From the NCBI GenBank assembly GCA_043228905.1, contig JBHGNT010000011.1, positions 14,756,001-14,820,000 on the forward strand: a stretch of DNA of 64,000 bases, written 5' to 3'. Below, piece after piece: positions 1 to 11,115 of the stretch. A program made the translations under genes and the position numbers. Every line of letters starts with the position of its first letter. The first letter of the stretch is position 1. Under the pieces are notes generated by a model. The model saw only the letters and a list, made by a program, of their open reading frames with translations, made no database searches and had not been told where the DNA came from. This DNA comes from Azolla caroliniana (Eukaryota > Plantae > Polypodiophyta).

Positions 1-575
1 GTATTATATAGGACTTATTCACAAAACATATTATACACATACATAGATTTTTACACGATCTATATACAATTATACAACTCTACAAGAAAAGCATTAAAAC
101 TTATACCTAAACATATACATATCGTCCTCAATGATCATTTGCACAGCTCTCCAAGTAAACAACAAAAAGTCTTACACATATTTAACATTCAATAGTTACT
201 TACACCGAGCACATAAACACACATTAGCACATATGCATTATACCATATATGAATATACATTCTTGATAACCCTTCTTGACTCCAAGTCTTGTAGCACAAC
301 AATGGCACACCACATGTTGGATTTCATAAGACTCTCAAGATAGTCAATTAGAATTGTCACTACCCAACTTATAAGTTCGTCAAAGTTTATGTTTGCACTT
401 GCAACGTCTGTTGTTGATGAGCTATCATGACTCATATCATCCATGTGGATTGTCACAACCTTTTTTTGTATTCCAAACAGTTCATCAAAATCCATTTCTT
501 GAATGAATTTCTCCCCACTTCCAACGCTTTTTATGCATTTTGATAGTGGGGGATTGATTGACTAGGATGACACGT

Positions 576-1224
576 TGTCGCGTTACTACGCGCGTGCGTG
601 GAGAAACGAGGCGGGACCACCGGGGTCTTGGACCGAAGAGCTGGTGATAGAAGGGGAATGAGGAAGAGAGAGACGCCTTGTCACGTATGAGTAAGAAACA
701 CAGGGGCACGGCCCGTCAACACAGATGACGCGAAGGGACACAGAGATAGGGAGACACAAGTGTTTGTATATTAACGAGTAACAGAATACACAACAAAGCA
801 CGCGAGCGGTTACAACCGAACAGGTCGGCGAACAGATGTCGATGCCTGTTCGTCTGCGCACGAAAGGAGAAAAGGGTGGAGGTGTTGCCGGAAGCACAAG
901 GGCGTTCCTCGAAGCAGCGCGAGCCTCCCGAAAACCTGCAGAGAAGAGCGATGGAGAACGAACAGAGGAGAAGCGTTCGGTTCCAGTCCGACAGCACTTC
1001 GTCCTCCTTAATGCGCGATCCCTTCTCCCTGCGTATCCCTCTCCTTTATAGCGTCAAGAAGGGAGTCGTCTCCCTCATTTACTTCCTACCTACCGAATCT
1101 AACTACCCAGGATATCTCTATGTACCTAATTCTCTATTATATACATTAAGAGCGCGCACACGTGAAGGGCCGGTTCATGTGCGCTATTCACCGATTGCGC
1201 CAAGGGACGGTTTTCTTCACGACA
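576..1224 (-). repeat. 3' LTR of the gypsy element
   Basis: About 22 substitutions (hand count) versus 6966-7614; adjacent purine-rich tract on the minus strand at 1225-1241 (GGTTAGGTGGGGGCGGA). Confidence 0.95.
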
Positions 1225-1789
1225 TCCGCCCCCACCTAACCGCGCATCCACCGGTATGCGCCAAAATTGGGTTCTGGTTGGAGAAAACCGGTCTGGGTTC
1301 CGTTTCTTCGTCCATCGGTTCGCCCTCCGTTTCGGACTGTTCGTCTTCGTTGTCCAGGCCTCTTAGATCCGGTTCGTTGTCGTGGCGCTTCTTGAACGCT
1401 TTGATCCGCTTCCCTGCTACCGGCATCGCCATCCTCGTACCGTCGAGTTCCGCCAGGTGATACGTCCCGTTGTCGTTGGCACTCGTTACCACGTAAGGCC
1501 CGAACCACCGCTTCGCAAACTTCCGTGTTGCTCGGTGCTGGTTGTCGAGGCTGCTGTCGTAGACTAGCACCCAGTCGCCTTCCTCGATTTTCTTCGGTCG
1601 TAGCTGGTGCGTTCGGTCGAACCGGGCTTTGTTCTTCATCCTCGCCGTTCGAAGTCTCTCCGCTGCTCGTTCCACATCCTCTGGCCTCCGCTCGAGCTGT
1701 CGTATACGTGCCGCTAGCAGTTCTTCCCGACTCACCTCGTCCCTCCAATCTATTGTCACCCAAGAGGAGATCGTCCGTTCCATCGGCAT
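1217..1789 (-). pseudogene. Integrase C-terminal part (GPY motif), separated from pol by a stop
   Basis: RWFGPYVV motif; no chromodomain; follows the stop that ends ORF 1799-5104. Confidence 0.85.
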
Positions 1790-1798
1790 GATCAGCTT

Positions 1799-4700
1799 CT
1801 ATCCGAACATGAGCTCTGACGGCATGAACCCGGTTACCGAACTGTGCGTTGTCCAGTCCGCACACAAGGCATAAGGTAACAGTCGTGGCCAGTTTCCGAC
1901 CTGGCCTCCGCATGCCCGGACTAGCGCTTTGACGATTGGCCCGTGCCCGCGCTCTACCTTCCCGTTTGCCTCCGGATTGTACGCTGTGGTGAGCGAGAGC
2001 TTGACCCCTAACCGGTCGAACAGCTCCTCGGCCTCTTCGGCGTCCAACTCCCTGCGGTCAGCCACGATCTTTCCGACGCACCCGTACCGGCATATCACGT
2101 CCTCGATCAGGAACCGACACACGGCCGCAGCCGTTTTGTTCTGCAGGGCTCGGCCTTCCACCTGGTTCGTCAGGTCCTCTTGGGCCAGCACCAGATATCG
2201 CATCTGCCCTACGCCCATCGGCATCGTCACCAAATCTACCATCCATTTGAAGTGGATGGCCGGAGGGTAAGTGGGGTGAAGCTCGTCCCGATGTCGGACT
2301 ATGGAGTGCATCTGACAGCTCTCACAAGTTGTCATGAACCGATGCACGTCCCGGTACAGTCCCGGCCACCAATACTTGCCCTTTAGTTTCTCAAACGTGG
2401 CCCACGTCCCAAGGTGTCCAGCCCAGGGGCTGTCATGGTAGGCCTTCAGCAGCTCCTCCTGTTCCTCCTTCATCGCCACTACTCGGAGCGGGATGTCGTT
2501 TCTCTTCTCCGGGTGCTTCCACAAGTATCCGTCCCGGAGAAAGAATCGGTAGGCTTTCTTCCGGATCCGGTTGGCCTCGTCCTTTGTCCATGACGCGTCC
2601 GGCGCCATTGTCCTCAAGAATCCCCCAATCTGCAGCCACTCCCCGTCGTACTTGCTTACGTTGAAATCGTTAAGCACCGGAGTGCTCCCTCCCTCGGTTG
2701 TTGCGTAAGCCACCTCGAAGAAGTCCACACTGACTTCCTCGTCCTCCGAAACCATGCCGCCCTCGTCGTTGAATCGCGCCCTCAAAAGCATGTCGGCCAT
2801 GGCATTGTCTTTCCCGGAAATGTGTCGTATTTCCGGATCCAGGAACTTGATGTACGCTATCCACCTGAGCATCGCCAGGTCCGGGGTTGCGCATCCGGAA
2901 ACCATGCCGAGAATCGGCAGGCAGTCCGTCTCGATAATCACTTCTGTCCCGATCAGATAGTCTTTATCGGCCTTCACCGCCGAAACGATACCCCAGAGTT
3001 CGCGTTTAACCTGGGAGTATCCTCGTTGTCGCTCGCTGAGGACCTTCGCACCAAACCCGATTGGGAACCGAATGTCGTCCTCATCTTCTTGGTTGACGAC
3101 CCATCCGATCCCGGTCGGACTCGTATCTACCGTTATGTAGATGGGAGTGCCTTTCTCGTAGACAGCCTTCCGGAGTGCCGGTGCTGCAGAAAGAGCCTCC
3201 TTCATCTTTCGGACCGACTCCGCGTGCTCGTCTCGCCACTCGAATTTTCGCCCCTTTTTCAGCAACCCGTATAGCGGCTCGGCAATGTGGGCGTAATGCG
3301 GGATCCATATATGGTAGAACGCGCATGCTCCCAAAAACCTCCGTACCTCCGTGACCAAGTTACAGTCGGGCTTCATTGAGGAGATGGCTTCCACCTTAGC
3401 CGGAGACAGTTTCCGGCCATACGGCCCGCATAGATGTCCGACGACCATGATCTCTGATTGCCCGAAGGCCGATTTCTCCCCGGAGAGGGTGAGCCTCGCG
3501 TCCTCTAGCCTCTGCAACACCCTCTCGCAGTCGTCAATGTGTGTCTCCACAAATTTCCGGCATCCGTCCAGTCCAACCATTTCGTCCTTTTCCTCCATCG
3601 GACATCCCTTGATCGGGATGTCGTCCAAGAATGGCATGGTGATGTCCGGGATACAATCCCTCATCACCTTGTTCATTGCATTCACCATGTGGGCCACCGA
3701 GTTCGTCCCTCCTTGTGGCAGGGTGCACATCCGCACTAGGCCGAGAGGAGTCCGCATCGTCGTAATGTCTCTACTCTCTACGGCTAGTTGGAACTGATCG
3801 TACCCCGAGTATAGATCACCAACCGAGTAGATCGACCTTCCGGCGAAGGCCTCCGCGAACTCGTCTATCGTTGGTCCAATTCTTGCGTTCCGAATTGTCA
3901 CTCTGTTGACCGGTTGCAGGTCTTGAATGAAGTGCAACTTCCCGTTCTTCTTCGGTATGGTAAACCACAAGTTCGAGTACGGGGCACTCGACAGTTCGAG
4001 GATGCCCATATTGACTTTCTGCCTCAATAGCTCCATCAGCTCTGGGATGTGAGCTCTCGGTACCGAAATTGGCTTGAGATTCCATGGTACATGCGGTACC
4101 GTGAATATCACCATCGGCTTCACGACTGTCGGGTCTACGCACCCGATCTCTTCCGGTGAGAATGCGAAGGCTTTCCCGTGCCTTCCGAGCATTCTCCGAA
4201 ACCGGTCTTCTTCCGCCGGCAGTAGGAACCCGCCCCCACCTATTTTGAGCTCCCGTAGCGTTCTGTCGGTGAAGGTGTGCCCTATGCAGGCCGGATCTCG
4301 TAAACTGGGGTCCGACGCGACCCCCTCGATTCGCAACTCGCTGCCCTCCGGTAAGGGTGCCGCGACTGGCCTTACCTTCCGGTCCACAGTCTTGTACTTC
4401 GTGTTAACCCGGGCCGTCCGATCCGACTCGAGCCCTCGACTGAAGTCTGCGATGACTTCGTACATTTCTTCTAAACAAACCGGTATCGTCCGGTCCTCTT
4501 TAAGGCCCTCTCCGACCACCTCTCGCAGTATTCCCAAGGTATCGTCGAAGGAGACCGCCTCCACGGCTCCGTAGATTTCCTCGCTGGGCCCGAGAACTCC
4601 GCACGCCCGAAGTCGCTCTTCCGCCCTTGTCTTTTCTAGGCCAACGACGCCGACTATCGTACACCCTCCGTTTTCGGAGAAACAAAACTTCCTACTTATG

Positions 4701-5104
4701 GTACAAGGTTTCTTCAGGTTTGCATCTATCGTACATATGTGGGGTGTTCCCGGACTGTCCGGACTGTCGCGGCCCCACGCCTTGGCAGCCCTCTCTAAAA
4801 ATCCTCTCAGTTTTCGCCACCGAGGGACTCGCGGTTTCACTCGTGGTTCGGTCGCACCGTCAGGAACTGGACTGAATGACGCCTGTCCTGACTCTTGACC
4901 CTCGCGTAAGCCGACCCGTTGTCTAGCACCTTGGTCTCCATACGCGCTGCCGTAATGTACGGTTCTCCCAGTATGACCGGGTGCGAGGACGTCTCCTGCA
5001 CAAAGAAGTGCTAGTCTATTTCGACGTCGCCGATCTTGACTCGCACGTTTGGGCAGGCCCCGTGTAGTTCCTCCGTGGCGCGCGTCGCCGCCCGTATCTT
5101 CCAC
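1799..5104 (-). CDS. Gypsy pol: reverse transcriptase, RNase H, integrase core
   Basis: RT DLYSGYDQF and FLDD; RNase H VDTSPTGIG...ETDC; integrase HHCC (HDSPWAGH...CESC) and D,D,E (VDL, ADR, VER). Confidence 0.93.
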   Translation of the reverse strand: MEDTGGDARHGGTTRGLPKRASQDRRRRNRLALLCAGDVLAPGHTGRTVHYGSAYGDQGARQRVGLREGQESGQASFSPVPDGATEPRVKPRVPRWRKLRGFLERAAKAWGRDSPDSPGTPHICTIDANLKKPCTISRKFCFSENGGCTIVGVVGLEKTRAEERLRACGVLGPSEEIYGAVEAVSFDDTLGILREVVGEGLKEDRTIPVCLEEMYEVIADFSRGLESDRTARVNTKYKTVDRKVRPVAAPLPEGSELRIEGVASDPSLRDPACIGHTFTDRTLRELKIGGGGFLLPAEEDRFRRMLGRHGKAFAFSPEEIGCVDPTVVKPMVIFTVPHVPWNLKPISVPRAHIPELMELLRQKVNMGILELSSAPYSNLWFTIPKKNGKLHFIQDLQPVNRVTIRNARIGPTIDEFAEAFAGRSIYSVGDLYSGYDQFQLAVESRDITTMRTPLGLVRMCTLPQGGTNSVAHMVNAMNKVMRDCIPDITMPFLDDIPIKGCPMEEKDEMVGLDGCRKFVETHIDDCERVLQRLEDARLTLSGEKSAFGQSEIMVVGHLCGPYGRKLSPAKVEAISSMKPDCNLVTEVRRFLGACAFYHIWIPHYAHIAEPLYGLLKKGRKFEWRDEHAESVRKMKEALSAAPALRKAVYEKGTPIYITVDTSPTGIGWVVNQEDEDDIRFPIGFGAKVLSERQRGYSQVKRELWGIVSAVKADKDYLIGTEVIIETDCLPILGMVSGCATPDLAMLRWIAYIKFLDPEIRHISGKDNAMADMLLRARFNDEGGMVSEDEEVSVDFFEVAYATTEGGSTPVLNDFNVSKYDGEWLQIGGFLRTMAPDASWTKDEANRIRKKAYRFFLRDGYLWKHPEKRNDIPLRVVAMKEEQEELLKAYHDSPWAGHLGTWATFEKLKGKYWWPGLYRDVHRFMTTCESCQMHSIVRHRDELHPTYPPAIHFKWMVDLVTMPMGVGQMRYLVLAQEDLTNQVEGRALQNKTAAAVCRFLIEDVICRYGCVGKIVADRRELDAEEAEELFDRLGVKLSLTTAYNPEANGKVERGHGPIVKALVRACGGQVGNWPRLLPYALCADWTTHSSVTGFMPSELMFG

Positions 5105-5916
5105 CCGTGCTTAGTGTTGATCGGCCATTTCCCCTTCTTGTAGAAGTCCATGGACATCAGGTTTATTTCCGAACCGTGGTCCACCAGCGCCACCACCGGT
5201 TCCTGAACATCTCCGATCTTCACCGGGGTTTCCGTGGTCGCTCGGGCCCAGTGTGGCCTCGAGTAGTGGCTCTCCGCCCACTCGTCTTCCAGCGCCATGT
5301 CCTCTATGTGCGCCGTCCGCACCTCCACCGGCCTTCCCGGTTCTGCCTCCGTTGACAGCCTCTTCCTCTTCACCAAGTCCACGATGGAGTCGTGGAACTC
5401 CTTCTTGGCGATCCCTAGCACCTCCCGCAACGACAGTTCCACCTTGCTGTCAAGGATTCATTCTTCCAGGACCTTTCATAGGTCCGTGGTCCTTTCGATC
5501 TCCGTGCCAAAACGGTACCCGCCCTTTTTGTGGTTATCCCGGGCACTGGACTCACCGGCCTCGTTCCATTTCAGCCCGAATCGGGTTTCGTATCTCTGTG
5601 AAGATCCGGCCCCTCCGGGTTTACCTACCCGTTTGTCTTCAACCAGAGCCTCGTAGTTCTGGCAAGCCGCTTCGACGAAACCCGTCTTTTCTTCGATCAG
5701 GTCACTCCACCTGGTTACCTCCTGGACCCGCTTCTCCGCGCGGTCCGCCTCGTCTCTCTTTAGTTGGGCACCGGCGAGGCCTTCCAGCACCGTCGGCCAG
5801 AACTCGGCTTTGCTCTCCTTCCGGGCCTCGCTACCTCCGACCCGAATACCGGCTGGCGCTGAGTAGTGGACGGTCTCCGCGTGCCGGGCTACCGCCTCTT
5901 CCATCAGCCTTTTCAT
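5011..5916 (-). pseudogene. Gag-pol linker and aspartic protease (broken by stops/frameshifts)
   Basis: ALVDHGSEINLMS protease active-site motif in ORF 5011-5442. Confidence 0.85.
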
Positions 5917-5934
5917 TCCTCCTCGCCCGTCGTT

Positions 5935-6948
5935 TCAGTTCAGGGCCCTCCGAGTATCGTTGGCGTGCACCCGGCCTTCCCACAGGTACACTACCCGGCT
6001 TCTCAAAGCCTCCATAAAGTCCCCGCAGTCTTTCCGGATGTGGCCGACCTCGTCACACCACATGCACCTACTTCCTGCCGGAGGCCGTCGGTCATGAGCC
6101 TGATCGCCGCCTTCTCTCCTAGGTTGGGCGATCTGGAGATCCTTTACCGCTCGTGTCAACTCCTCCAAAGTTGTTCCCCCGGACGAGCCTCTGACCACGC
6201 CGGTCGAAGCCGAACCGGTTTCGAGCCACTCCCGGGTCTCTTCCCTTCGCGCCTGCGGTATCGGTTCGAGCTTCCTTGCTACAATAAGTCTCGCCCCGGT
6301 CGCCTCTGTATCAGCCCACTCCCACCGTTTGTCAAAATGGCCGCAGACTCTTTTTACCGCGGCCCAGTCGGCCGTCAGCCCGTCTTCGGTTTTCAGTAAG
6401 GAGCCAACTTGCCCCCGATCCCGTGCGTCAACCGATTTGACAAACAGCAGGACACGACTTGTGTCCAGAATGGTCCGATTGAGCACCAAAAGGCGTGCAA
6501 AGCGTTCCTCAAACTCCCGGAGGAGTACCAACGCATTTCTTCCTTTGTTGGGGGACTCCACCCACTCCATGAAGCTCCGCTTCGAAAGTCGAAGCGCGTC
6601 ATCCAGCCCGTATTTCTCCAGGAGCCGTCCTTTGAACTCCTCCCAGGTCCGTCTCTCCGCCCAGACCTCGAGCACCTCCGCATGGATGCCCGGCATCGCC
6701 ACTCGAGGGAATCCGGCAAGACGCCTCTCTTCCGGAATATCCCTCATCAACATCTCCGCCCGGTAGGACGCCAAATAACTCGTGGCATCCTTTCCACTGA
6801 ACCGGCCAATCGTACCGACGATCGCCTCAATAGCCCTGTCAAGGGCGTCGGTGCCCTCGCGCGCGCTCACTATCCGGTCCACGGCCGAAGCCATGGCCTC
6901 TGCAAGATCTGAACCCCTCATCTTCTGCTCCTCTGCTGCCTGTTTCAC
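5935..6948 (-). CDS. Gypsy gag
   Basis: CX2CX4HX4C knuckle CMWCDEVGHIRKDC; starts immediately after the PBS. Confidence 0.88.
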   Translation of the reverse strand: MKQAAEEQKMRGSDLAEAMASAVDRIVSAREGTDALDRAIEAIVGTIGRFSGKDATSYLASYRAEMLMRDIPEERRLAGFPRVAMPGIHAEVLEVWAERRTWEEFKGRLLEKYGLDDALRLSKRSFMEWVESPNKGRNALVLLREFEERFARLLVLNRTILDTSRVLLFVKSVDARDRGQVGSLLKTEDGLTADWAAVKRVCGHFDKRWEWADTEATGARLIVARKLEPIPQARREETREWLETGSASTGVVRGSSGGTTLEELTRAVKDLQIAQPRREGGDQAHDRRPPAGSRCMWCDEVGHIRKDCGDFMEALRSRVVYLWEGRVHANDTRRALN

Positions 6949-6961
6949 GTCGGGTTCACCA
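6945..6961 (-). promoter_or_regulatory. Primer binding site complementary to the tRNA-Trp 3' end
   Basis: Minus strand TGGTGAACCCGACGTGA, 4 nt inside the 5' LTR; its complement TCACGTCGGGTTCACCA matches the plant cytosolic tRNA-Trp 3' end plus CCA. Confidence 0.85.
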
Positions 6962-6965
6962 AATA

Positions 6966-7614
6966 TGTCGCGTTACTACGCGCGTGCGTGGAGAAACGAG
7001 GCGGGACCACCGGGGTCTTGGACCGAAGAGCAGGTGATAGAAGAGGAATGAGAAAGAGAGAGACGCCCTGTCACGTATGAGTAAGAAACACAGGGGCACG
7101 GCCCGTCAACACAGATGACGCGAAGGGACACAAAGATAGGGAGACACAAGTGTTTGTATATTAACGAGTAACAGAATACACAACAAAGCACGCGAGCGGT
7201 TACAACCGAACAGGCCGGCAAACAGATGCCGATGCTTGTTCGTCTACGCACGAAAGGAGAAAAGGGTGGAGGTGCTGCTGGAAGCACACAGGCGTTCCTC
7301 GAAGCAGCGCGCGCCTCCCGAAAACCTGCAGAGAAGAGCGATGGAGAACGAACAGAGGAGAAGCGTTCGGTTCCGGTCCGACAGCACTTCGTCCTCCTTA
7401 ATGTGCGATCCTTTCTCCCTGCGTCTCCCTCTCCTTTATAGCGTCAAGAAGGGAGTCGTCTCCCTCATTTACTTCCTACCTACCGAATCTAACTACTCAG
7501 GATATCTCTATGTACCTAATTCTCTATTATATACATTAAGAGCGCGCACACGTGAAGGGCCGGTTCATGTGCGTTATTCATCGATTGCGCCAAGGGACGG
7601 TTTTCTTCACGACA
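6966..7614 (-). repeat. 5' LTR of the gypsy element
   Basis: Direct repeat of 576-1224; adjacent to the PBS. Confidence 0.95.
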
Positions 7615-7879
7615 ACGTTTTCTTCCCAGATGAAGACTATAAATAGCTATGAGCCAGTACTTCATCTCCGAATGTAAGAATTATGTAAGTATCATGGGTT
7701 CCTAGATGACATTATCCTTTATTTGTGGGCCATAATTTATTTCAAAGATCTAGAAATAGTTGCTGAAGTTATTTTATATTTCTTGTAACTTTAAGGCTAT
7801 CTAGATATAAATATGGGGGATAGTACACAATTGTACGAGCATCAAATTGCATTTTCTTTGGATTTAGTTTGATAACACT

Positions 7880-9560
7880 TAGGTTTGCTAACACTGCCCA
7901 GAGACACATCAAATATGGCAGGGGGTTGGCCACCTATTGCAATTGTGCCAGGTTCAAGACACAATCAAGTTGGGAAATGTGTGTTGGTTGTCATGGCAAG
8001 CCCTAGTTGATAAGTACGAACATCAGAAGGAGGGGATGAATTTGGTGATAAAAGCAAAAGAGGTTTTTCTTTTCATCATCGACAATATCCACTCAAGTTC
8101 TATTAATGTCGAATCTCGAGTTGTGTTGGAATTGGTCAACCCGATAACTCTTTGGATTCTATGGAAACAACGTTGTAGATGGTTCTTCTCCAACCAAATA
8201 GTGCATCCAGTAATGTTGATGCATGAGATATGGAGTAAAGTTGTTGCCACTCTAAAGAGCCAATACGACGATGTCATGAAGATTTTCGGCAATAGTGTGA
8301 AACTTGTAAGGAACATACGAAATCGAGCGTGGTTCTTCTCATGAAATATAAAACAATAATAGTAAAGATACTATTTTAAATAAGTTTAATATCTTGGTAC
8401 AAAAAGATGGAGGTCTTGAAGAGCTTCTGAATGCACTTTACTACGTAGGAAACGAACATCTAAGTGTCAAGTTATGTGGGTATGAAGTTTGCAAAGAAGA
8501 AGAGAAAAATAAAACAATGTGATATCCCACATAGACAAGATAAATAAGGAACCCACCATATATAAGGCAGAGCAAAAGCTATTATCTTTGTGTTTATTTG
8601 TGGAACATAGAAAGGTTAAGTTGTATGACTTAACAAATGGATGTAGCCAAACGCATATAACTATGTGTTTTGGACGAATCCGGCGACAGTGTCCGACAGG
8701 ATCCGACATCCGACATCACCTGGCAACCGCAAACCGACGGAGCCGACAAGACGACGACCGGACGGACAAATGCCTTGTAAAAAATACATTAATAATAAAA
8801 AACAAAAATATATGTGTGTGTGTATTCAAAAGGAGTGCAAGGGAAGACTTGATCCTTGCACCTCCACATTGAGAGTCTATAAACTTACCACTAAGCTATG
8901 TCATTTCTTTTAAAATATTTTCTCTATCATTATAGTTTTACATGTAAATTCTCATATTAGAGCTTAATTGAGAGATATGTGATGCATGAGCGCCAAATGG
9001 CAAACATGCATCACATGCATTGTATGCATGTCTTGTACCCTCACATGCATCATATGCATGGGTACGTCTATAAAAGGATGGATGAAAAGGATCAAAGGGA
9101 TGTTATGTTTGGATTCAAGAATTTAAGAAGAAGAAAATTTCGTTCTCCAATTGATGTTATATCTTGTCTCTCGAATCTAAAGTTAAAAGTTCGATCTTAT
9201 CTCTCTTACTCTCTATCTCTCTCTCGCCATCTCAATCTCTCTCCCTCAAACTATCTTAAATCCTTTCTCGGTAAAGCTAATGGGTGCTTCGAGTCCTTCC
9301 GGTCTAGAACCCCGGTGGTTCTGCCTCACGATCCGCACATAGAGACGGATCTTCACGACAACGTCCTCACGGGCAGATCCGATGGAATTGAAGACAACAA
9401 CTAGCCTTCATCCAACAATGGTCATCCTCTCCCTTTCTTGAGTCAGTGGGCATCCAAAAAGATGGAACTATCGTGTCCTGACAAGGAGTTGTATATAACA
9501 CTCTCACCTGTACAATTTTATAACTAATGGAAGGAGTTTTTTTGGAAAAAAAAAACACTT
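7880..9560 (+). pseudogene. Degenerate LINE ORF2 C-terminal relic, split by the solo LTR
   Basis: LWILWKQRCRWFF...EIW motif typical of plant LINE ORF2 C-termini; similar coding-like sequence resumes after 9360; outer limits approximate. Confidence 0.55.
8272..9360. mobile_element. Solo LTR (~1.09 kb), gypsy-type
   Basis: Termini TGTCATGAAGAT...ATCTTCACGACA (12-bp inverted); flanks ACGA/ACGT; homologous to 58212-59116. Confidence 0.8.
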
Positions 9561-11029
9561 AAGTTTGTGAATGAATTGTCTTTTTTAGTTCTATTTAGAA
9601 GCAACCGTCTCCATCACATTACATTATTGTTTATCATGGACATACCTCTATTTTATAACCCTCTTTATCATCGAAGCCTTACTGAAATCTATCATCTTCA
9701 TTTAACAACATTTAGAATAAAAGAGAAGCAAAAAGGAAAGTAAGGCAAGCTATGTTAAATGGAGAATAATGGGGGCATGTTGAAACTAGCATAAATAAGG
9801 GATAATGGAGCTAAGAATATGTTCATCTTCTTAGGTTTCTAATATTCAAAGTTATCTTTAAATATGGGAAAAGTGCTAGAAGTGGACTATATTGTGCCTA
9901 GTCGAACAGAGATCGATGACTCATTCTTGCTTTATATAATTTTGTATCTCATTCTTAATTGTTGACATTTGTTATATCCCCCCATTATCGCTTGGATGGT
10001 GTCATTTGCCCAATTATTGCATTTTCATCTAATTTCTTCTTCTTCTTTGTTCAGTTAATATCGATATACAAAGTGTTAATATGGATACTAATTTACTATT
10101 GTGGCAAATTTGTCAAATAGGTATCAATAAAAGTGAGATATAATGTCAACTGATTATTATAGACAAAGTTTATTTGGGAAAAGTAATTTGTCATACACAA
10201 GAAACTAGCGCACATTTTGCATTGCAATCGATAAAGAACATGTTACACTTCATATATTCAATGTGAAAATTTGGTGCAATAAGAAAACACAAAATAATAT
10301 GGCATCTTCGGAGCATTGCCTTAAAACCATATTTCTCTTGATCATTTCCTCCACATAAGATGGAAGTATTGAGCCCCTTTTGTGGTTTGTATAAAACATT
10401 CACAACTGTAAAATTTTAAAACTAATGCAATGAGTTTTTTGTTTTGGAAAAGACGTAGGTATTACCTTAAAAGAATTTATTTCTCATCATACATTCATTT
10501 ATTTTCTAAACTGAACAAAGAAATGGACACCCCTTCAAAGTTTAATTATGTACATTTATTTGTCTGGCAGTGATTATGTACGTTTGATTGCTTGGAGTGC
10601 CATTGACACATTAGCATTTCCATGAACGCATAGATTTGTAGGCCAAATTCCAATTACATTTCTATGAGGCAATAAAAGAAATTTTATTATTTTCTACTTG
10701 TCTTTATCATTGATAAGTGAACATGTACATTCAATTGTTTATAAATGTCATTGACACTTTTAAACATGAAAGCAAAGTTTTATTACATTTCCACACATTA
10801 TTCATGACGTAATGAAAGAAGTTTTATCATTTTCAACTTGGCTTTATCAAAAGCCAGCTCTTCTTTTCATACACAAATCCATAGTTGTGGTCCTCAAGCA
10901 TTATTTTCCATCGTTATTGGATTTCAAAAGCCATTTTTTAGGAGAAAGCTATGGGCGTGCATAATCTTTCAAAAATATTGAGAAACATTTGAGGCACTTT
11001 TTCTATTAGTATTGGAATGCATCTTGTTT

Positions 11030-11115
11030 GTGACTTGAACCCCTAGTTGTGAAAGCAGAATGACCTTAACCCATAGTCATGAAAAGTAAATGACATGAAC
11101 CCATAGTCATGAACT
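11030..11115. repeat. Degenerate ~30-bp tandem repeat (about 3 copies)
   Basis: Recurrent GAC...AACCC.TAGT..TGAA units. Confidence 0.55.

Larger units (their letters stand above)
576..7614 (-). mobile_element. Full-length Ty3/gypsy LTR retrotransposon (non-chromoviral), coding region disrupted
   Basis: Two 649-bp direct repeats (576-1224, 6966-7614) with TGTCG...CGACA ends; 4-bp TSD ACGT (572-575, 7615-7618); gag-PR-RT-RH-IN order on the minus strand. Confidence 0.97.

Noticed and set aside
238-575. Minus-strand ORF interrupted by the gypsy element, possibly a DNA-transposase tail
   Set aside because: No diagnostic motif recognisable; contains stops when rejoined.
586-7646. Numerous antisense and LTR-borne ORFs in the gypsy element
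   Set aside because: GC-rich shadow frames without recognisable motifs.
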